Assembly: GCA_964016885.1 (NCBI GenBank)
Contig: OZ024744.1
Coordinates: 84,940,001-85,004,000, forward strand
Reading direction: 5' to 3'
DNA: 64,000 bases
From: Eledone cirrhosa
Taxonomy: Eukaryota
Below the pieces are notes generated by a model. It had not been told where the DNA came from and did not search any database. It saw only the letters and a list, made by a program, of their open reading frames with translations. Positions 1-12,802 of the stretch are shown here, piece after piece (position 1 is the stretch's first letter; each line of letters opens with the position of its first letter). Both the position numbers and the translations under genes were made by a program.

Positions 1-24
1 CCAAGTATTTACCCATGTTTTATA

Positions 25-100
25 TTGCCTCGTCTGACGAACGAATGAAGACGTTTCTTTTGTATTCGCCTCATTCGGGAAACCTCTGGTAATGAGGTAA
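25..100 (+). ncRNA. Type I hammerhead ribozyme, canonical core
   Basis: Stem I ttgcctcgt/atgaggtaa; CTGACGA 34-40; stem II cgaatga/tcattcg; GAAA 79-82; stem III cc-tct-gg; predicted cleavage after GTA at 91. Confidence 0.85.
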
Positions 101-231
101 TTATATTGTATTGATTTTTATACATTATATATATATATATATGTGTGTGTGTAGGAGGTGAGTTTTATTGTAGTACAATAAAGCAATGCAGATATCGGAT
201 AAGAAGCACTCTACAATTTGTAGGACTGGAG

Positions 232-297
<66 letters not shown>

Positions 298-326
298 GTT
301 ATGTAATAAACAACATAAGGCAATTA

Positions 327-386
327 TTCCATTTACCAGTGGTTTCTTAAAAGGAAAAGATTTTGCTTTCAATCCTCAGGATGAAA
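327..386 (-). ncRNA. Type I hammerhead ribozyme (family B)
   Basis: Minus strand reads tttcatc CTGAGGA ttgaaagcaaaa..ttttccttttaa GAAA cc-act-gg TA aatggaa. Confidence 0.8.
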
Positions 387-531
387 AAATCCTGGTCTGT
401 TTATTGAATTTGGATTTTAAAAACTAAAATTGAATCTATATGAAAGTGAGCCTGGAGAAGGAAGAAGGAAAGGAAAAATAAAATAAAACTACACATGCGA
501 ACACACACACAAAAACCCAAAAAGCATACAT

Positions 532-580
<49 letters not shown>

Positions 581-617
581 ATTAAATAAATGGAAACTAT
601 ATTTATAAAACCATATT

Positions 618-683
618 TATTTCGTTATATATATTTCAGGGATATCATATTAACAATATGTTATGCCGTCTTCAGACAAAATA
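618..683 (-). ncRNA. Type I hammerhead ribozyme (family A)
   Basis: Reverse complement of the motif at 851-916. Confidence 0.75.
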
Positions 684-850
684 CAATATAAACAGTCTTA
701 TAAATAAATAAATACGACATACCTTTCAATCACCTTGCATTTGGGAGGTTGATTTGGTAGTAAAGGATATTGTGGACAGTTGTAAAAAGAAAGAGATAAA
801 GAGAGAAAGAAAGAGAAACGAAGAAAAAGAAGAAAAGACTGTTTATATTG

Positions 851-916
851 TATTTTGTCTGAAGACGGCATAACATATTGTTAATATGATATCCCTGAAA
901 TATATATAACGAAATA
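851..916 (+). ncRNA. Type I hammerhead ribozyme (family A)
   Basis: tattttgt CTGAAGA (859-865), imperfect stem II, GAAA (897-900), tatata, TA, acgaaata (stem I). Confidence 0.75.
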
Positions 917-1046
917 AATATGGTTTTATAAATATAGTTTCCATTTATTTAATATCATAAATATACTCCAAATACTTGTTGAGTGCTTTTATATCAGTTA
1001 TAAATATTTACTCGTTGTTAACCCAACAATTTAAATATAACTTTCC

Positions 1047-1085
<39 letters not shown>

Positions 1086-1918
1086 CATACATATATACAT
1101 ATACATACACTCATACATACACACACGCACACATATATACACATATATGTGTATATAAATACACACAAACACATATATACATACGCACATAAATATCAAC
1201 ACATCCATACATACACATACATATATACAACCACACACACATATATACACACATACATACACATAGAAACATAAATATAAAATACATATACATACACACA
1301 TAAACATACATATAAATATATATATATATATACACATATACATATATATATATGTGTACAAGCATACACATACACAAACATAGCCATACACACATACATA
1401 TACATACATACATACATGCACACAATCATACATATGTACACACGTACATACATACACATACATAAATGCATTCCTCTACATATTCACACACGCAAATAAA
1501 TATAAGAAAAAAAATATATATATATATATATAAAAAATTATTTGACAGCGATACAGAAGGCATCTAACTGGACAGACACGCGTGGTAAGTAATACACACG
1601 AATGCACGTATACATACGTACGTAATAGTAAATACATACACACACACACACATATATGTATACATACACACATACATATACATACATAGCTATATAATTA
1701 TAAACATACAAATACGTACATATCATAAACACGCACAACCAAATATAAACACACACACACATACATATATATAAATATATATATATATACATACACACAC
1801 ATACACATATACATGTGTGTGTGTGTAAAACTCAGTCTTAGATAATTCATATGAACCTTACATATACATATATATATAGTAGTAAAGTAATAAAGTAATA
1901 AGCAACATAAGGCAATTA

Positions 1919-1978
1919 TTCCATTCACCAGTGGTTTCTTAAAAGCAAAAGATTTTTCCGTCAATCTTCAGAATGAAA
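1919..1978 (-). ncRNA. Hammerhead motif (family B), cleavage site mutated to UG
   Basis: tttcatt CTGAAGA..GAAA ccactgg TG aatggaa; G17 violates the NUH rule. Confidence 0.7.
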
Positions 1979-2048
1979 AAAACCTGGTCTATCTACATAT
2001 ACATATATATACACACACAAATATATATATATATACATATATATACAC

Positions 2049-2099
<51 letters not shown>

Positions 2100-2566
2100 A
2101 ATATACATACACATACACATAGGTATGTGAAGGGCAAGGCAAAAAGAATATATGGGGGGGGGGGGGCATAGGAAAAGGTGAAATATAAGGGGAGGTAAGG
2201 GAGAAAAAAATAAATATACAAGAGTACAGAACGTAGAATCATCAAAAAAAAAAACGTAGCAGAAGTAAAGAGCAGGAAAGGAGTTCAAGGCGGTTGATTT
2301 ATCATAGGAGTATCAATCCAGTTACAGATCAGATGCGATTTCAGATGAGGACAGCATCTGAAGATCTCAGTCTTTGAGTTAAGGCAAGCGGAAGTGGCTC
2401 TCAAGTTTAGCAAAATCCTATACTTTACCACAGAAAAGTATAGGATTTTGCTAAACTTGAGCTCCAATTCTAATATATATATATATATGTATATATATGT
2501 GTATATATATGTATATATATATATTTGTGTGTGTATATGTATGTATATGTAGAAAGACCAGGTTTT

Positions 2567-2626
2567 TTTCATTCTGAAGATTGAAGGAAACATTTTTTGC
2601 TTTTAAGAAACCACTGGTGAATGGAA
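2567..2626 (+). ncRNA. Hammerhead motif (family B), cleavage site mutated to UG
   Basis: CTGAAGA 2574-2580, GAAA 2607-2610, ccactgg, TG 2618-2619. Confidence 0.7.
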
Positions 2627-3375
2627 TAATTGCCTTATGTTGCTTATTACTTTATTACTTTACTACTATATATATGTATATGTAAGGTTCATATGAATTA
2701 TCTAAGACTGAGTTTTACACACACACACATGTATATGTGTATGTGTGTGTATGTATATATATATATATATATTTATATATATGTATGTGCGTGTGTGTTT
2801 GTATTTGGTTGTGCGTGTTTATGATATGTACGTATTTGTATGTGTATAATTATATAGCTATGTATGTATATGTATGTGTGTATGTATACATATATGTGTG
2901 TGTATGTATGTTTATATTTATGTATATATATATATATATATGTGTGTGTGTATAATTACATATACATATGTGTGTGTATAATTGTATACGTGTGCGTGTG
3001 CGTTTTTGTGCATGTATGTGTATGTATGTGTTTATTGTATTTGTATATGTATATTTATGTGTGAGAGTGTGTGTATGTATTTACTATTTCGTACGTATGT
3101 ATACGTGCATTTGTGTGTATTACTTACCACGCGTGTCTGTCCAGTTAGCTGCGTTCTGTATCGCTGTCAAAAAATGTTTTTATATATATATATATTTTTT
3201 TTAATTATATTTATTAAGCGTGTGTGAATATGTAGAGGAGTGCATTTATGTATGTGTATGTATGTACGTGTGTACATATGTATGATTGTGTGCATGTATG
3301 TATGAATGTATATGTATGTGTGTATGGCTATGTTTGTGTATGTGTATGCTTGTACACACACATATATATATATGG

Positions 3376-3423
<48 letters not shown>

Positions 3424-3653
3424 TTATGTGTGTATGTATATGTATTTTATATTTATGTTTCTATGTGTATGTATGTGTGTATATATGTGTGTGTGGATGT
3501 ATATATGTATTTGTATGTATGGATGTGTTGATATTTATGTGCGTATGTATATATGTGTTTGTGTGTATTTATATACATATATATGTGTGTATATATGTGT
3601 GCGTGTGTGTATGTATGAGTGTATGTATATGTATATATATATGTATGTATATC

Positions 3654-3688
<35 letters not shown>

Positions 3689-3950
3689 GTGTGTTTATAT
3701 GTGTGCGTGTGTGTATGTATGAGTGTATGTATGTGTATATATATATGTATGTATATGTATATATATATGTATATATATATATTTATATATGTGTGTGTGT
3801 GTGTGTATATATGCTTTTGTGTTTTTGTGTGTGTGTTTGCATGTGTAGTTTTATTTTATTTTTCCTTTCCTTCTTCCTTCTCCAGCCTCACTTTCATATA
3901 GATTGCATTTTTGTTTTTAAAATCCAAATTCAATAAACAGACCAGGATTT

Positions 3951-4010
3951 TTTCATTCTGAGGATTGAAAGCAAAATCTTTTGCTTTTAAGAAACCACTG
4001 GTAAATGGAA
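3951..4010 (+). ncRNA. Type I hammerhead ribozyme (family B), intact
   Basis: tttcatt CTGAGGA (3958-3964); stem II ttgaaagcaaaa/ttttgcttttaa; GAAA 3991-3994; cc-act-gg; TA 4002-4003; aatggaa. Confidence 0.85.
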
Positions 4011-4106
4011 TAATTGCCTTATGTTGTTTATTACATAACTATTAAGCTCTGTTACCTACATAGAGCACTCTTTTTTCCTGGACTTTTCCGACGGAATTAC
4101 TTCATT

Positions 4107-4144
<38 letters not shown>

Positions 4145-4159
4145 TATGTATGTATATAT

Positions 4160-4280
4160 CGACAGTCGATCGACTTTCGTCGAATCGGACCGAGGAAACA
4201 ATCTTTCCATTGGTCTTTCCAATTGCTAATACGATCTATCAGTCGCAACTCCAGGTAGAAGGCACAACGTGAAATAAATT
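4160..4280 (-). mobile_element. 3' fragment of tRNA-derived SINE family 2
   Basis: Reverse complement of ~9580-9695. Confidence 0.7.
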
Positions 4281-4344
4281 GTCTTACTCAAGGACATATC
4301 GCATCGCCTCATCCAGCAACCTCCAGCTTGCAACGCGCCTTCAC

Positions 4345-4506
<162 letters not shown>

Positions 4507-4859
4507 GAAGTTAGAAGGCCAGAACAACGCAGGTTTGGAGATAGAATATAAATGTAAAAGATAACGCTGACAATAAGTCTTTTACCTTAATTTATTCATA
4601 TATCCTGATATTTTGAGATAATATCTCCTCGTCTGAGGAAAGTAAAGGGGTTAATCCAGTGTTCGAAGTGGGTTGTCAAGTATATATATATTAAAGAAAA
4701 AAGGGGGAGAGAAGAAAAAAGAAAAAGGATAGAGTGGAAGGTGAAACATTCTATAATGCTTGGCTGTGTGGTATATTCCAACTCCGCCTTTTTGACAAGA
4801 TGGCAATTTCTAAGACAAGTGAAATATTTCAGACGAACAGAACAATAGTTCTGGTCAAA

Positions 4860-6088
4860 TCAAGTGTTTGGCCGAGATAAATGGCTGTGCTGCGTCTTCA
4901 TTCGGTCTTGGTGCAAGTTTAAGTGCCAAACAGAGAGTCCGAATATAGATCTTTCCTTGATGAAGCTACTGCAGCGTTAGATGTAGTTAAGACTGAGTCA
5001 TATATACTAATGAGAGAGAGACTTCAATGCATATGTTGGCACTGATCGTCTGGTGTGGAAAGGAGTGATTAGAAGGAACGATGATCCCGAACTAAATTCG
5101 AACAGAGAAGCCGAATTAGACTTCTGTTCTGGCAATGGGCACTCTATTATGAACACCTTTTTCAAGCACAAAGATACGCATAAGTATACATAATATAAGG
5201 GAAATCACCAATCAGTAATAGATTTTTTTATTGTTTCTAATTTCTTTGATTCTATGCTAGATGTTTGTATTTAGAGAAGGGCTGAACTGTTAACTGATCA
5301 CCATCTAGTTATCTGTAGCTTTAGACTACCTAAAACCAAGAGAGCCCCCAAAACATGCAGGTCCAGCTTGATCTACAGGGTAAAGGGAGAAGCACCGGCA
5401 GAGAAGGAAGTCAGTAACAGGTTTGTGGATACTATTGCATCCAAATTCAGAGAACTTCCTGAACATCATGAGGACGTTGAATCGGAGTGGAGATTGTTCA
5501 GCTCAGCAGATTCTGTTCTGGGATAAAGCGGATCGCTGTGGCGTAAAGATGTCATCTGAGCAAGAAAAGAGGCTTACAGAAGATTGGCTTAGAAATAAGT
5601 CCCCCTTCTTGCATTTCTGGTACAAGTGTTCTGGAAGACTATCCGCCGACTTCGTAATAATAAGTACCCCCCAACCAAACCTGCTATCAGGAACTCATCT
5701 GGCGTTCTCTTCTCTTCAAAGAGGTGTATCATCGCCAGGTGGAGAGAATACTTTCTTGATTTCCTAAATCTGGTTACAAGATTTTCTGATGTACATGAGG
5801 TGCATCGAAGGGCGAAAACTACCTCCTCAGGGGCTGAGATCACAAGAACAATTAAAGAACTCAAATGTGGGAGGGCCTCTAGGGAGGATGAAATTCTGTT
5901 CGTGATGTTAAAATCCTTAAATAGAGAAGGTATTTTCTATCTGACTTGTGTGTATCTCTGGAAACGTATCAAAGCAATGACAATCGGGTGTGATAATTCC
6001 AATTTTCGAAAATGAGGCAAAAGAGGTTGCTCTAATTATAAAAGAATATCCTTATTAAGCTTCACCCGGTAAAGTCTGACAAATTGAA
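4860..6088 (+). mobile_element. Decayed APE-type LINE fragment (RTE-like): endonuclease end to start of RT
   Basis: Translated motifs IMNTFFKHK, SVIDFF, TDHHLV (APE) and IIPIF..CSNYKRISLLS (RT), with stops and frameshifts. Confidence 0.8.
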
Positions 6089-6124
<36 letters not shown>

Positions 6125-6143
6125 GTACATGTATAGGTATAGG

Positions 6144-6174
<31 letters not shown>

Positions 6175-6178
6175 TATA

Positions 6179-6209
<31 letters not shown>

Positions 6210-6218
6210 ATTTATATA

Positions 6219-6280
<62 letters not shown>

Positions 6281-6306
6281 ATATATACCTATACCTATAC
6301 ATGTAC

Positions 6307-6342
<36 letters not shown>

Positions 6343-6494
6343 TTCAATTTGTCAGACTTTACCGGGTGAAGCTTAATAAGGATATTCTTTTATAATTAGA
6401 GCAACCTCTTTTGCCTCATTTTCGAAAATTGGAATTATCACACCCGATTGTCATTGCTTTGATACGTTTCCAGAGATACACACAAGTCAGATAG

Positions 6495-6500
<6 letters not shown>
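5930..6500. repeat. Near-perfect palindrome centred on a (TA)n tract
   Basis: 5930-6150 is the reverse complement of ~6280-6500. Confidence 0.9.
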
Positions 6501-6543
<43 letters not shown>

Positions 6544-6701
6544 TTTGGGAGGGTCATGTTGCCAATAAGAAACACACGCACCAGTTGCTTTCACTTCAAT
6601 TTATTATATATTTATAAATTTATAAATTTACAAATCTACAAATTTATAAATTTCTGGTTGGTTGGTTGGTTGGTTCCACAACCAGATAGTTGTTTATATA
6701 T

Positions 6702-6746
6702 AGTCATAGTCCTTTCGTCACACACTCTGTGACCTCTTCAGTGACT
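6702..6746 (-). ncRNA. Minimal hammerhead ribozyme in PLE 3' end
   Basis: agtca CTGAAGA g gtcac..gtgac GAAA ggac TA tgact; stem III very short (dimer-type). Confidence 0.75.
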
Positions 6747-6950
6747 GGGGATTCCTTTCTTTGTTTCTGTGCCTTTCCTTTCTTCTGTCCTACGCCATTT
6801 TGTTTCTGTGTGTGTGTTGTGTGCTCAGTTTGCGCATGCGCCACATCCGGGTGTCTGTGTGTGTTTGTGTTCATTTATCTATTTGTTTATTTATTTACAT
6901 GTTATTGGTTGGTTGTTTGTTCTATGTGTGTGTGTGTTTTCATTTTGTCC

Positions 6951-7613
6951 TTAATTGTAAGTTGTGATGTTGCTGTTCCACTCATATTTTCTATTTAATT
7001 TTGGTTGTAATTCTTTTATGTTTATTGCCTCTGTAATTTGTCTAAACATTGCGTCTTTTCTGTGTGTAGATTCTATTTTTATTTCTATGTTCTCTAATTT
7101 ACCCTTGTGTTCTATCTTAGCATGTTGGTAGAGTACAGATGATTCTTTATTATCTTGAAGGTCTCGCCAGTGTTCATTTATCCGTTCCCCTATACTACGA
7201 GCTGTCTCACCTATGTACACTATATCTTTGTTTCTACATTGTCCTTCAGTACATCTTATGCTATACACTACATTTCTAGTTTTACAGTTAATATGGGGGC
7301 TTATTTTACAGGTTATACATTTCTTATCTATACATGAGGGTCTTTGGAACGGGTATGTCTTGCTAATAAGCGTTTTTACGGAGGTACCTGGTCTTTCTAC
7401 TATCTTAATATTGAGTTTATGTTTATTTAGGGCCCTTCTAAATTTGTAGGCTAGTTCGCCTCTAGGGGTTGTATCGATGAACATTACACTCTGGTATTTA
7501 TTGCTATCATACCATGAGTTTATTCTATTGGCCTTGTTCCTAGTTTTTTCTATTCTATTCCAAAATGTGCTCCTATACAAGGGGCAGGTCCCATTTATGT
7601 CATTATTTACCAT
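6951..7613 (-). pseudogene. PLE thumb/linker + GIY-YIG endonuclease fragment
   Basis: CIDKKCITC..NCKTRNVVYSIRC..C..YIGETARSIGERINEH..H...EH..EA..I...P.LN. Confidence 0.88.
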
Positions 7614-8908
7614 TTTTTCCCATTTGGCAACTTAAGCATGATAACGTTGGATATTCGACGGCTTGGAATATAGTCTCAAGAGGGATTCCTTTTAATTCAT
7701 CTTCTGAGACATGTGACCTCTGCGCGGAGGAGATATTCTTTATACTAAAATCTAAAAATTCCCTTAATTTACGGACAAATTTATTCAGTTGCTGCAGACA
7801 TAGATTGAACTCAACTTTTAAATATAAATATAAATTTAAAATGTAGTATATTTACTTATGATTTGTAATTATTTATGAAACTCGCCGATAAATCTTTCGA
7901 TTTCTTTTTTAAACATTCTTCATGAATAATTAAACTACCCTAAAAGAAGATGCTCCAAATATATCGAATAAATTTTTACACTAGATAAACTTCTATAATA
8001 AATATAAGACCATCTGTAGATCAAATGGGTATCCTAAACTTTAGGAATGATTTCTGCTAGACAGGATTTGGTGAATAATTTTGGTTTTGTTTGCTTTTGA
8101 TTCTGATGCTTATAATGAACTTGGCAATATATTGTCAATTAATTTTGAAGGGTAGATTTCTGTGGTTGATTTGCGGGGCATACTGTGTTTTATTTTTTAA
8201 TATTTTTAATATTTTTAATATTTTTATTGATATATTGATATCTGTTGTCTATTTATGCTTGAACGATAATCATGTAGAGTAAAGACAAGAATATTATTGT
8301 TAAAATTAATGTAGATTCTATATATATTTGTGTGTATGTACACATATATGTATACTAGAATTTTTATAGCACAATGAGAATGTTTTCATGTGAAATAGGA
8401 ATTTGCAGAGTTGATCACGTAAATTCACATGGATGTCTATAGTATCGAATCTGGGATAACCTTCTATTTTCTTTTTCTTTTTTCATGAAAGTGCATATAT
8501 ACTTATGTATTTCAATTATTTTGAAGTTTTTATCTCAATTCTGATTATAAACCTAGGAATTTTAAACTAGACATATGATCATTATTTTTCACACATTATT
8601 GATACGTGTCTCATTCATGAATACTGATATTTACATTATAATACCTAATTCATACGAATTGATATTTTAGATTGATGAAACATAATGTTTTAAATCTGCC
8701 TCGTTTATCTCTGGATATTTTTCTTTTCTCTCTATGTAACGGCTGTTTTCTCTCCTAACCACATATATATCTCTCTACCTTAATACTAGAACTAAATAAA
8801 TAAATAAATAAATAAATAAATATATCATTGATACGTCATTCAACTGGTGCCCAACTACCTATTTTTCTCTCTCTCTCTATCTCTATATATATCTATCTCT
8901 CTCTATCT

Positions 8909-8947
<39 letters not shown>

Positions 8948-9397
8948 CCCTCTGTTTTTTCTCTCTCTATCTATCTCTCTCTGTTTTTTCTTTACATGAA
9001 TTGCTTCTCTCTATCTATCTCTATATCTATCTCTCTCTGTTTTTCGTTGCATGCATTTCTTCTTTTTCTTCGCTTTCTTTCTTTCTTTCTTTTTTTTCTC
9101 TATAACTGTCCCTAACATTTTTCACTACCAAATCAACTTTTTAAATGGAAGTTGAAGTGTAAGGTATGTCAAATCTATCTATTTATAAGACTGTTTATAT
9201 TGTATTTTGTCTGGTGAAGGCATACCATATTTTTAATATGATATCCCTGAAATATATATAATGAAATAAATATGGTTTTATAAATATAGTTTCCATTTAT
9301 TTAATATCGTAAATATACTCCAAATACTTGTTGAGTGCTTTTATATCAGTTATAAATATTTACTCGTTGTAACCCAACAATTTAAATAAAACTTTGC

Positions 9398-9398
<1 letters not shown>
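7614..9398 (+). mobile_element. 3' end of a second PLE (GIY-YIG C-terminus with CxxC..CRH, 3' UTR, family A pLTR)
   Basis: ORF end WNIVSR..CDLCAEE..LNLRTNLFSCCRH (to 7846); family A terminus at 9186-9398 before (TA)n. Confidence 0.7.
9203..9268 (+). ncRNA. Hammerhead motif (family A), core A6 mutated (CTGGTGA)
   Basis: tattttgt CTGGTGA..GAAA tatata TA atgaaata. Confidence 0.7.
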
Positions 9399-9432
<34 letters not shown>

Positions 9433-9433
9433 A

Positions 9434-9477
<44 letters not shown>

Positions 9478-9479
9478 TG

Positions 9480-9697
9480 AAGGCGTGTGGCTGAGTGGTT
9501 AGAGAATTGGATTCGCAATCGTAAGGTTGTGAGTTCGATTCCTGGACCAGGCGATGCGTTATGTCCTTGAGCAAAACACTTTATTTCACGTTGCTCCTTC
9601 TACCTGGAGTTGCGACCGATAGATAGTATTAGCAATTGGAAAGACCAACGGAAACATTGTTCCCTCGGTCCGATTTGACGAAAGTCGATCGTCTTCC
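9480..9697 (+). mobile_element. tRNA-derived SINE family 2
   Basis: A box TGGCTGAGTGG, B box GTTCGATTC, conserved-looking central tgtccttgagcaaaacac; second partial copy at 4160-4280. Confidence 0.8.
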
Positions 9698-10032
9698 TAT
9701 ATATATCATAAAACATGTCTATAGAATCACAAGATAAAATATATACTATTTCCTCTCCCAATTAGCATAATTAACTATATAAAAAAATCGAATAGACCAG
9801 GCTATACGAATGAGGCTTCTATGAAGGAATCTCCGACAAATAACCAAAACTAGCGCTTCGCGTCGGCCGTAGTGGAATATATATCGAATATTTCGACAGC
9901 GTAATCGCCTAGATACAGTCAACTAAGCAGAATTAGGTTTAAAATAAACTAGGAGAAAATAGAATACATTGAGCCACAAAGTGACCAGTTGCAAAACACG
10001 TATATGTATGTGTATGTATATATATACGTAAA

Positions 10033-10083
<51 letters not shown>

Positions 10084-10668
10084 AATATGGGGAGCAGAAT
10101 ACTGCTGGTTGTACATGGATAACATGTTATAAAATGAGTCCCTCATCAGTGATTTGCCAACGGTCATTGGTATTTCATTGCATTAAAAAAAAAATATATA
10201 TATATATATATACAGAGAGAGAGAGAGAGAGAGAAAGGTGTTATGTAAAGAGTTGTTCTCATAATTATTTGTTATTTTTCCTTTTGGTTCTTTATTTACT
10301 TCTTCCCCACCCTCAAAAAAAAAAAAAAAAAAAAAAAAGAATGACCAAATAGTTCCAATTGACAGGAAAAATAGAATATATACATCTTTTTTAAAATGTG
10401 CGTAGTATACGTAGTATATATGAGAGGTAAGGGGAGATATAAAGAACAAAAGAAAGACTGAAAGACTGACAAAAAGATGTTGTAGATACAAGAAAAGAAA
10501 GAAAACGATGAAATGCGAACGAATTTCAGAAAAAAAAAGAAAAAGAAAATCTGCTCAGCTGAAGAAGGGAAAGAAAGTATGTAAATAGAATAAATGTAGA
10601 AAGACAGAGAGAATGGGAGAAGATAAGAGAGAGAGCGTGAGAGAGAGAGAGAGTGAGGTTGAGAAGAA

Positions 10669-11238
10669 AAGAAGAAGAAGAAGAAGAAGAAGAAGAAGAA
10701 GAAGAAGAAGAAGAAGAAGAAGAAGAAGAAGACGCCGACGATCACCATCATCACCATCATCATCGTCACCATAATCTTCTTCATCATCACCATCATCACC
10801 ACCATCATCGTCATCACCACCACCACCATCACCACCACCATCACCACCACCACCACCACCATCACCATCATCATCACCATCACCATCACCACCATCACCA
10901 TCATCATCACCATCATCATCACCATCACCTTCGCTATTCCCATCACCACCATCACCACCATCACCACCATCACCACCATCACCATCATCAACATCACCAT
11001 CATCATCACCATCATCACCATCACCACTACCACCATCATCACCACCACCATCATCATCAACATCAACATCACCACCATCACCACCACCATCATCATCAAC
11101 ATCATCATCACCACCACCAACATCATCATCACCACCATCACCATCATCACCATCACCATCACCACCACCATCACCACCACCACCATCATCACCACCACCA
11201 CCATCACCACCATCACCATCACCATCATCACCATCATT
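10669..11238. repeat. (GAA)n followed by (CAC/CAT)n trinucleotide repeats
   Basis: Direct reading. Confidence 0.95.
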
Positions 11239-11400
11239 ACAAAACGGAGATATAGAAAACAACGGCATAGTATTTTAGGAAGTGTTTTAAATATAGAGAG
11301 AAAATTTAGTGGCGTAGAATTCCAGGAAGTGTTTTTTTGGGAAGATATTTATTTCGGTTACAAAGATGTCGTTCACGTGTTCATTACAGCGTGAAGAGCG

Positions 11401-12128
11401 ATTATACACGAGCTGAACTTCCCTGACATACTACTACTTGTACTGATAAAAAGTAAGTGAGGGGGGTAGACTAATTATACACGAGGTAAAATTCTCTGAC
11501 ATACTACTACTTGTACTGTTATAAAGTAAGTGAGGGGGGGAAAACTAATTATACACGAGGTAAAATTCCCTGACATACTACTACTTGTACTGTTATAAAG
11601 TAAGTGAGGGGGGTAGACTAATTATACACGAGGTAAAATTCCCTGACATACTACTACTTGTACTGTTATAAAGTAAGTGAGGGGGGTAGACTAATTATAC
11701 ACGAGGTAAAATTCCCTGACATACTACTACTTGTACTGTTATAAAGTAAGTGAGGGGGGTAGACTAATTATACACGAGGTAAAATTCCCTGACATACTAC
11801 TACTTGTACTGTTATAAAGTAAGTGAGGGGGGTAGACTAATTATACACGAGGTAAAATTCCCTGACATACTACTACTTGTACTGTTATAAAGTAAGTGAG
11901 GGGGAAAACTAATTATACACGAGGTAAAATTCCCTGACATACTACTACTTGTACTGTTATAAAGTAAGTGAGGGGGGTAGACTAATTATACACGAGGTGA
12001 AATTCCCTGACATACTACTACTTGTACTGTTATAAAGTAAGGGAGGGGGGTAGACAGTTTATACACGAGGTGAAATTCCCTGACATACTACTACTTGTAC
12101 TGTTATAAAGTAAGTGACGGGGGTAGAC
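11401..12128. repeat. 73-bp minisatellite, ~10 copies
   Basis: attatacacgag recurs at 11401, 11474, 11548, 11621, 11694 and onward. Confidence 0.95.
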
Positions 12129-12771
12129 AGGCTGGCGGGGTTGGGGTGTAGACGCGTGCGTAGACGCATAGAAACGTGTGTCTGTGTGTGTGTGTGTTTC
12201 GGTGTGTGTGTGTGTGTGTCTGTGTGTGTGTCTGTGTGTGCGTGTCTGTGTGTGGGTGTGGGTGTCTGTATGTGTGTGTGTGTCTGTGTCTGTCTGTGTG
12301 TCTGTGTGTGTCTGCGTGTGTGCGTATGTCTGTGTGTGTATGTGTGCGTGTGTGTGTGTGTGTGTCTCCGTGTGTGTGTGTCACGGTGTGTGTGTCTGTG
12401 TGTAGCGTGTATGTGTATGTGTCTGTGTGTGTCTGGTGTGTGTATGGGTGTGTGTGTTTGTGTCTGTGTGTGTTTGTGTATGTGTCTATGTGTGAGTCTG
12501 CGTGAGTGTGTGTCTGTGTGTGTCTGTGTCTGTGTTTGTGTGAGTGTGTGTGTGTGCGTACGCGTCTCTGTGAGTGTGTATATGTGCGCGTCTGTGTGCG
12601 TGTTTGTGTGTGTGTCTGTGTGTATGTGTCTGTGTGCGTGTGTCTGTGTGTGTATGTGTGTGTGTGTCAGTGTCTGTGTGTGTGTACATGCACACACACA
12701 CACACACACACACGAACACACATGAGAGAGAAAGATCGAGAGAAATTTTGTCTGAGAGAGAGAGAAAGATA

Positions 12772-12802
<31 letters not shown>

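Larger units (their letters stand above)
576..1048 (+). mobile_element. Fold-back PLE terminal (pLTR) fragment, family A, inserted in (TA)n
   Basis: Inverted arms 576-699/835-958, each with an HHR; the 3' tail matches 9186-9398; flanked by TA repeats. Confidence 0.75.
296..4041. repeat. ~3.7-kb imperfect palindrome of an HHR-flanked, microsatellite-rich unit
   Basis: 296-~2110 is the reverse complement of ~2480-4041, including the unique islands (e.g. 1540-1630 vs 3080-3170). The left arm carries an extra insertion at 576-1048. Confidence 0.85.
6543..7613 (-). mobile_element. 5'-truncated Penelope-like element (Cys-linker, C-terminal GIY-YIG; Neptune/Nematis-like)
   Basis: GIY-YIG ORF followed by a 3' region containing an HHR and ending at (TA)n. 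Confidence 0.8.

Noticed and set aside
2283-2472. Hairpins in the spacer of the large palindrome, with CTGAAGA (plus) and GAAA tcgca TC (minus)
   Set aside because: The core halves are on opposite strands and no complete HHR can be folded; possibly another snap-back remnant, but unsupported.
976-3936. Many YI/CV/HT-rich ORFs (also 12059-12969, 14973-15720, 22618-24694, 52174-54255)
   Set aside because: Translations of (TA)n/(TG)n/(CA)n microsatellites, not genes.
4788-4835. TTGACAA...GAAA tatt TC possible U3:A8 hammerhead (similar weak cases at ~29150 and ~40935)
   Set aside because: Stem I and/or stem II cannot be paired convincingly; at best decayed copies.
9480-9550. tRNA-like sequence with A and B boxes (also SINE family 1 heads)
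   Set aside because: No complete cloverleaf or acceptor stem; continues into a repeated SINE body.
10296-11268. Poly-His/Gly-Asp/Met-Val ORFs (also 48815-50902)
   Set aside because: Trinucleotide repeats that are open in several frames, with no domain or splice support.
11401-12128. CRISPR-like appearance of regular repeats (also 61815-63725)
   Set aside because: No unique spacers, no cas genes, eukaryotic context; these are plain tandem repeats.
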